Of a stretch of DNA of 64,000 bases, positions 59,025 to 64,000 are shown in pieces. A model generated the notes under the pieces. That model searched no databases, was not told where the DNA came from, and was given only the letters and a program-made list of their open reading frames with translations. Source of the DNA: Macrostomum lignano (Eukaryota). The translations under genes were made by a program, and so were the position numbers. The stretch lies in assembly GCA_002269645.1 (NCBI GenBank), contig NIVC01001811.1, positions 124,001 through 188,000 of the forward strand. The letters run 5' to 3'. Every line of letters begins with the position of its first letter. Positions within the stretch are counted from its first letter, which is position 1.

Positions 59025-61850
59025 TAGAGGGCAGCGGGATTCACTGAGGGGTCTGTAAAGAGGGTAGCGGGATTCACTGAGGGATCTGTAAAGAGGGTAG
59101 CGGGATTCACTGAGGGATCTGTAAAGAGGGCAGCGGGATTCACTGAGGGATCTGTAAAGAGGGCAGCGGGATTCACTGAGGGATCTGTAAAGAGGGTAGC
59201 GGGATTCACTGAGGGATCTGTAAAGAGGGTAGCGGGATTCACTGAGGGATCTGTAAAGAGGGCAGCGGGATTCACTGAGGGATCTGTAAAGAGGGCAGCG
59301 GGATTCACTGAGGGATCTGTAAAGAGGGTAGCGGGATTCACTGAGGGATCTGTAAAGAGGGCAGCGGGATTCACTGAGGGGTCTGTAAAGAGGGTAGCGG
59401 GATTCACTGAGGGGTCTGTAAAGAGGGTAGCGGGATTCACTGAGGGATCTGTAAAGAGGGTAGCGGGATTCACTGAGGGGTCTGTAAAGAGGGTAGCGGG
59501 ATTCACTGAGGGGTCTGTAAAGAGGGCAGCGGGATTCACTGAGGGATCTGTAAAGAGGGTAGCGGGATTCACTGAGGGGTCTGTAAAGAGGGTAGCGGGA
59601 TTCACTGAGGGATCTGTAAAGAGGGTAGCGGGATTCACTGATGGGTCTGTAAAGAGGGCAGCGGGATTCACTGAGGGGTCTGTAAAGAGGGTAGCGGGAT
59701 TCACTGAGGGGTCTGTAAAGAGGGTAGCGGGATTCACTGAGGGATCTGTAAAGAGGGCAGCGGGATTCACTGAGGGGTCTGTAAAGAAGGTAGCGGGATT
59801 CACTGAGGGGTCTGTAAAGAAGGTAGCGGGATTCACTGAGGGATCTGTAAAGAAGGTAGCGGGATTCACTGAGGGATCTGTAAAGAAGGCAGCGGGATTC
59901 ACTGAGGGGTCTGTAAAGAAGGTAGCGGGATTCACTGATGGGTCTGTGAAGAGGATAGCGGGATTCACTGAGGGATCTGTAAAGAAGGTAGCGGGATTCA
60001 CTGAGGGATCTGTAAAGAAGGTAGCGGGATTCACTGAGGGATCTGTAAAGAAGGTAGCGGGATTCACTGAGGGATCTGTAAAGAAGGCAGCGGGATTCAC
60101 TGAGGGATCTGTAAAGAAGGTAGCGGGATTCACTGATGGGTCTGTGAAGAGGATAGCGGGATTCACTGAGGGATCTGTAAAGAAGGTAGCGGGATTCACT
60201 GAGGGATCTGTAAAGAAGGTAGCGGGATTCACTGAGGGGTCTGTAAAGAAGGTAGCGGGATTCACTGAGGGATCTGTAAAGAAGGTAGCGGGATTCACTG
60301 AGGGGTCTGTAAAGAAGGCAGCGGGATTCACTGAGGGATCTGTAAAGAAGGTAGCGGGATTCACTGAGGGATCTGTAAAGAAGGTAGCGGGATTCACTGA
60401 GGGATCTGTAAAGAAGGCAGCGGGATTCACTGAGGGATCTGTAAAGAAGGTAGCGGGATTCACTGATGGGTCTGTGAAGAGGATAGCGGGATTCACTGAT
60501 GGGTCTGTGAAGAGGATAGCGGGATTCACTGATGGGTCTGTGAAGAGGATAGCGGGATTCACTGATGGGTCTGTGAAGAGGATAGCGGGATTCACTGAGG
60601 GATCTGTAAAGAGGGCAGCGGGATTCACTGAGGGATCTGTAAAGAAGGTAGCGGGATTCACTGAGGGATCTGTAAAGAGGGCAGCGGGATTCACTGAGGG
60701 ATCTGTAAAGAAGGTAGCGGGATTCACTGAGGGATCTGTAAAGAGGGCAGCGGGATTCACTGAGGGATCTGTAAAGAAGGTAGCGGGATTCACTGAGGGA
60801 TCTGTAAAGAGGGCAGCGGGATTCACTGAGGGATCTGTAAAGAAGGCAGCGGGATTCACTGATGGGTCTGTGAAGAGGATAGCGGGATTCACTGAGGGAT
60901 CTGTAAAGAAGGTAGCGGGATTCACTGAGGGATCTGTAAAGAGGGCAGCGGGATTCACTGAGGGATCTGTAAAGAAGGCAGCGGGATTCACTGATGGGTC
61001 TGTGAAGAGGATAGCGGGATTCACTGAGGGGTCTGTAAAGAAGGTAGCGGGATTCACTGAGGGGTCTGTAAAGAGGGTAGCGGGATTCACTGAAGGGTTT
61101 GTAAAGAGGGTAGCGGGATTCACTGAGGGGTCTGTAAAGAGGGTAGCGGGATTCACTGAGGGGTCTGTAAAGAAGGTAGCGGGATTCACTGAGGGGTCTG
61201 TGAAGAGGATAGCGGGATTCACTGATGGGTCTGTGAAGAGGGTAGCGGGATTCACTGAGGGATCTGTAAAGAAGGTAGCGGGATTCACTGAGGAATCTGT
61301 AAAGAAGGTAGCGGGATTCACTGAGGGATCTGTAGAGAGGGTAGCGGGATTCACTGAGGGATCTGTAGAGAGGGTAGCGGGATTCACTGAGGGATCTGTA
61401 AAGAAGGTAGCGGGATTCACTGAGGGGTCTGTAAAGAGGGTAGCGGGATTCACTGAAGGGTTTGTAAAGAGGGTAGCGGGATTCACTGAGGGGTCTGTAA
61501 AGAGGGTAGCGGGATTCACTGAGGGGTCTGTAAAGAGGGTAGCGGGATTCACTGAGGGATCTGTAAAGAGGGTAGCGGGATTCACTGAGGGGTCTGTAAA
61601 GAGGGTAGCGGGATTCACTGAAGGGTTTGTAAAGAAGGTAGCGGGATTCACTGAGGGATCTGTAGAGAGGGTAGCGGGATTCACTGAGGGATCTGTAGAG
61701 AGGGTAGCGGGATTCACTGAGGGATCTGTAGAGAGGGTAGCGGGATTCACTGAGGGATCTGTAAAGAAGGTAGCGGGATTCACTGAGGGGTCTGTAAAGA
61801 GGGTAGCAGGATTCACTGAGGGATCTGTAAAGAGGGCAGCGGGATTCACT
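59025..61850. repeat. 33-bp minisatellite array (~85 copies)
   Basis: Unit agcgggattcactgagggatctgtaaagagggt with a few recurring variants. The long repetitive ORFs here are by-products of a unit length divisible by 3. Confidence 0.97.
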
Positions 61851-61949
61851 CTTATAAATCTTCCATTTAAATACTTGCTTCACATAATTTCAGTAAATCA
61901 TACATAAATATCGAAAACTTGAAACGATATTTTGTCAGTCAGTGTCAGC

Positions 61950-63694
61950 ATGAATCAGGTGCTGCATCACCTAAGCGGCTGTCATATCCAGCTAGTCAGG
62001 GAGAGTTCAGGTTTAAACCCGGCAGCTGAAGATGCCGAAGATTCTGGGAACTTGATCGTTCAGCTGGGCGCCAATCGGCACAGCGTTGCCCAACGAATCG
62101 AAGCTAATTTGAATAAACGCGGCAGTGCCGCCGCACAAGCTCTGCTCGATGATGTACAGGTGAGGTAATTTTTTATTAGTTCCCTAATAGCCAAAATTTC
62201 CTTGGTACTGTACTTGCAGTAGGAATAGCAGAATATTGCATGTTTAAAATTATAATTAAAATTCTTTGACAAACTACTGATAGTAGGAAAAAGGCAAAAT
62301 ATTTTAAATATAAAAATGCCAATAAATTCGTATTCAATAGTACTTCTGATTTATAATTCATAATTAATAATTATTTGCAAAAACAGACGGCCACGGAGTC
62401 CGAGCGCAATCTCTACGCTATGCTCACCCCTGCCGAGCTCCTGTCCTGCGGCAGTTCGAATTCAGCTGCTGGGCCAGCCGATGTGGTGTCGGACTTTGGC
62501 CTGCCTGTGTCCCTGATGCGCTGCCTGCTGGAGGTGCCGCCTCTGCAGGCTGGACTGGCTGAGATGCTGGCGGAGCTGCTGGTGGCCATCGATAAGAGTG
62601 ACTACCCTGTGTGCCTGCAGGTGAGCGGACTGCCGGCCTCCCAGGTCCTCAGCTGCTGGGCCACCAGCCTCCCAGGTCCTCAGCTGCTGGGCCACCAGCC
62701 TCCCAGATCCTCAGTTGCTGGGCCACCAGCCTCCCAGATCCTCAGTTGCTGGGCCACCAGCCTCCCAGATCCTCAGTTGCTGGGCCACCAGCCTCCCAGA
62801 TCCTCAGTTGCTGGGCCACCAGCCTCCCAGATCCTCAGTTGCTGGGCCAGCCTCCCAGATGCTCAGTTGCTGGGCCAGCCTCCCAGATCCTCAGTTGCTG
62901 GGCCAGCCTCCCAGATCCCCAGTTGCTATGGCACAACAACCTAAAGAATAACCCTTCATCCGGCAGGTGAACTACACCAAGCTCATACTCAGCCAGTTCC
63001 GCTACCTGCCCCTTGCCCGCGAGGCAGCCTCCCGAATCGAGGCCATTCTATTCGACATCATCGAGGCTTCATCCTTGGACGCCAAACGCGATACGATCGC
63101 CCTGCTGCCCGAGCTGTTCACCCAGGCCACCGATAGCCTGTGCGAGAAGCTCAGAAGTCTGCTAGTATCTGCTACAGAACTAGACGACACTAGCGGTAGC
63201 CATGGCAACGCGAGTTCAACGCCGCTAACACCGGCCCTATTCGATTGTCTCACCTTGTTGCCATTAAGCGAATCGCAATTGGGCGAATTTCGCCGGCTCG
63301 CCATGCAACTGCTGGCATCCGTCCGCAGCTGCCTATCAATCCCCGTGCTGCTGCGCTTCCTGCTGGACAACCCGCCATCCGAACCGGACGCTGTCATCGA
63401 GTTCCTGATGGAGATTCGATCTCGGCTAGACATGTTTGCCGTGCCCGTGTTGGAGCAGCAAAAGCAGCAGACTCAGGTGCAACAGGTGCAAATTAAACAG
63501 CAGCCGAAATGGCTGACCAGCACGCAACAGCCGGGAGACACGGGCGGCAGCTGGGCCAGCTTAAATATCAGCGGCATCCAGCCGATGGCGCCGAATGCTG
63601 CTTCATCTGCAGCTAACTTGGCCGCTTCTGCGGCGGCTACTGAAACTGCCGAGACTCTGGTCTGCGAGTTGGTGCAACGGAAATTAGCAGCGAA
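61950..63694 (+). CDS. FANCD2: Fanconi anemia group D2 protein, 5' exons (gene continues beyond the window)
   Basis: Exons 61950-62159, 62387-62620 and 62967-63694. SLMRCLLEVPPLQAGLAEML, KLILSQFRYL, DTIALLPEL, LTPALFDCLTLL, IPVLLRFLL and EIRSRLD parallel the FANCD2 N-terminal solenoid motifs (SLIKLLL..LQ, LIVSQLKWL, IITSLPEI, LPVIIKFIL, ELREKLD). Confidence 0.8.
62636..62930. repeat. ~31-bp minisatellite filling FANCD2 intron 2
   Basis: cctcccagatcctcagttgctgggccaccag, about 10 copies. Confidence 0.9.
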
Positions 63695-63749
63695 GTGAGT
63701 AGCTAGTTAAGTGTAAGATAATGTATGAGATGATAGTTATGTCCACTGT

Positions 63750-64000
63750 ACATTGCGTCCCCTCTCTCCCTGCAGCCAATCAGGCATTGCGTCCCCTCTC
63801 TTCCTGCAGCCAATCAGACATTGTGTCCCCTCTCTCCCTGCCAGCCAATCAGACATTGCGTCCCCTCTCTCCCTGCCAGCCAATCAGACATTGCGTCCCC
63901 TCTCTCCCTGCCAGCCAATCAGGCATTGCGTCCCCTCTCTCCCTGCAGCCAATCAGACATTGCGTCCCCTCTCTCCCTGCCAGCCAATCAGACATTGCGT
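63750..64000. repeat. ~35-bp CCAAT-containing minisatellite in FANCD2 intron 3
   Basis: cagccaatcagacattgcgtcccctctctccctgc units. Confidence 0.9.

Noticed and set aside
58962-61907. 650-970-aa repetitive ORFs on both strands
   Set aside because: By-product of a 33-bp unit. Frames are open on both strands, and variants are not biased toward synonymous changes as far as I can see.
62375-62944. ORF reading through the FANCD2 intron 2 repeat as a coding extension
   Set aside because: A strong donor (CAG|GTGAGC at 62621) and acceptor (GGCAG|GTG at 62967) join FANCD2-like sequence in frame. Read-through hits a stop at 62942.
53920-63694. MCMBP next to FANCD2 as a functional replication/repair cluster
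   Set aside because: Both act at replication forks, but adjacency of two genes in one eukaryote is weak evidence. It would need conserved microsynteny across species.

Overview
This is eukaryotic (metazoan) genomic DNA. The intron style and the dense tandem repeats suggest a free-living flatworm such as Macrostomum, which is inference only. Five conserved intron-containing genes are recognisable: a hillarin/KY-type LIM + transglutaminase-like gene (+, 14731-21717), mitochondrial ribosomal protein L16 (-, 24284-25530), a SNX5/6/32-type sorting nexin (+, 45398-51111), MCMBP (+, 53920-57969) and the 5' part of FANCD2 (+, 61950 to the window end). A tandem pair of two-exon genes encodes secreted PAN/Apple-like + LamG/ConA-like proteins (8691-9991 and 11155-12501). 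Mobile DNA includes: a near-intact 8.8-kb Ty3/Gypsy LTR retrotransposon (-, 34738-43546; about 1-kb LTRs, CTTA TSD, gag, -1 frame pol and an unexplained third ORF in the env position); a 5.8-kb hAT transposon carrying a nested 1.37-kb long-TIR foldback element; Merlin and mariner remnants; RNase H-bearing and RTE-like LINE fragments; and two tRNA-derived SINE families. Most introns carry their own private mini- or microsatellite. The best candidate for undescribed biology is the Gypsy element, with its non-env ORF3, a ~230-aa pol insertion carrying an RVxF-type motif, and atypical priming signals. Exon boundaries were read by eye using GT-AG sites and frame continuity. No database searches were run, so all product names come from my recognition of protein motifs.
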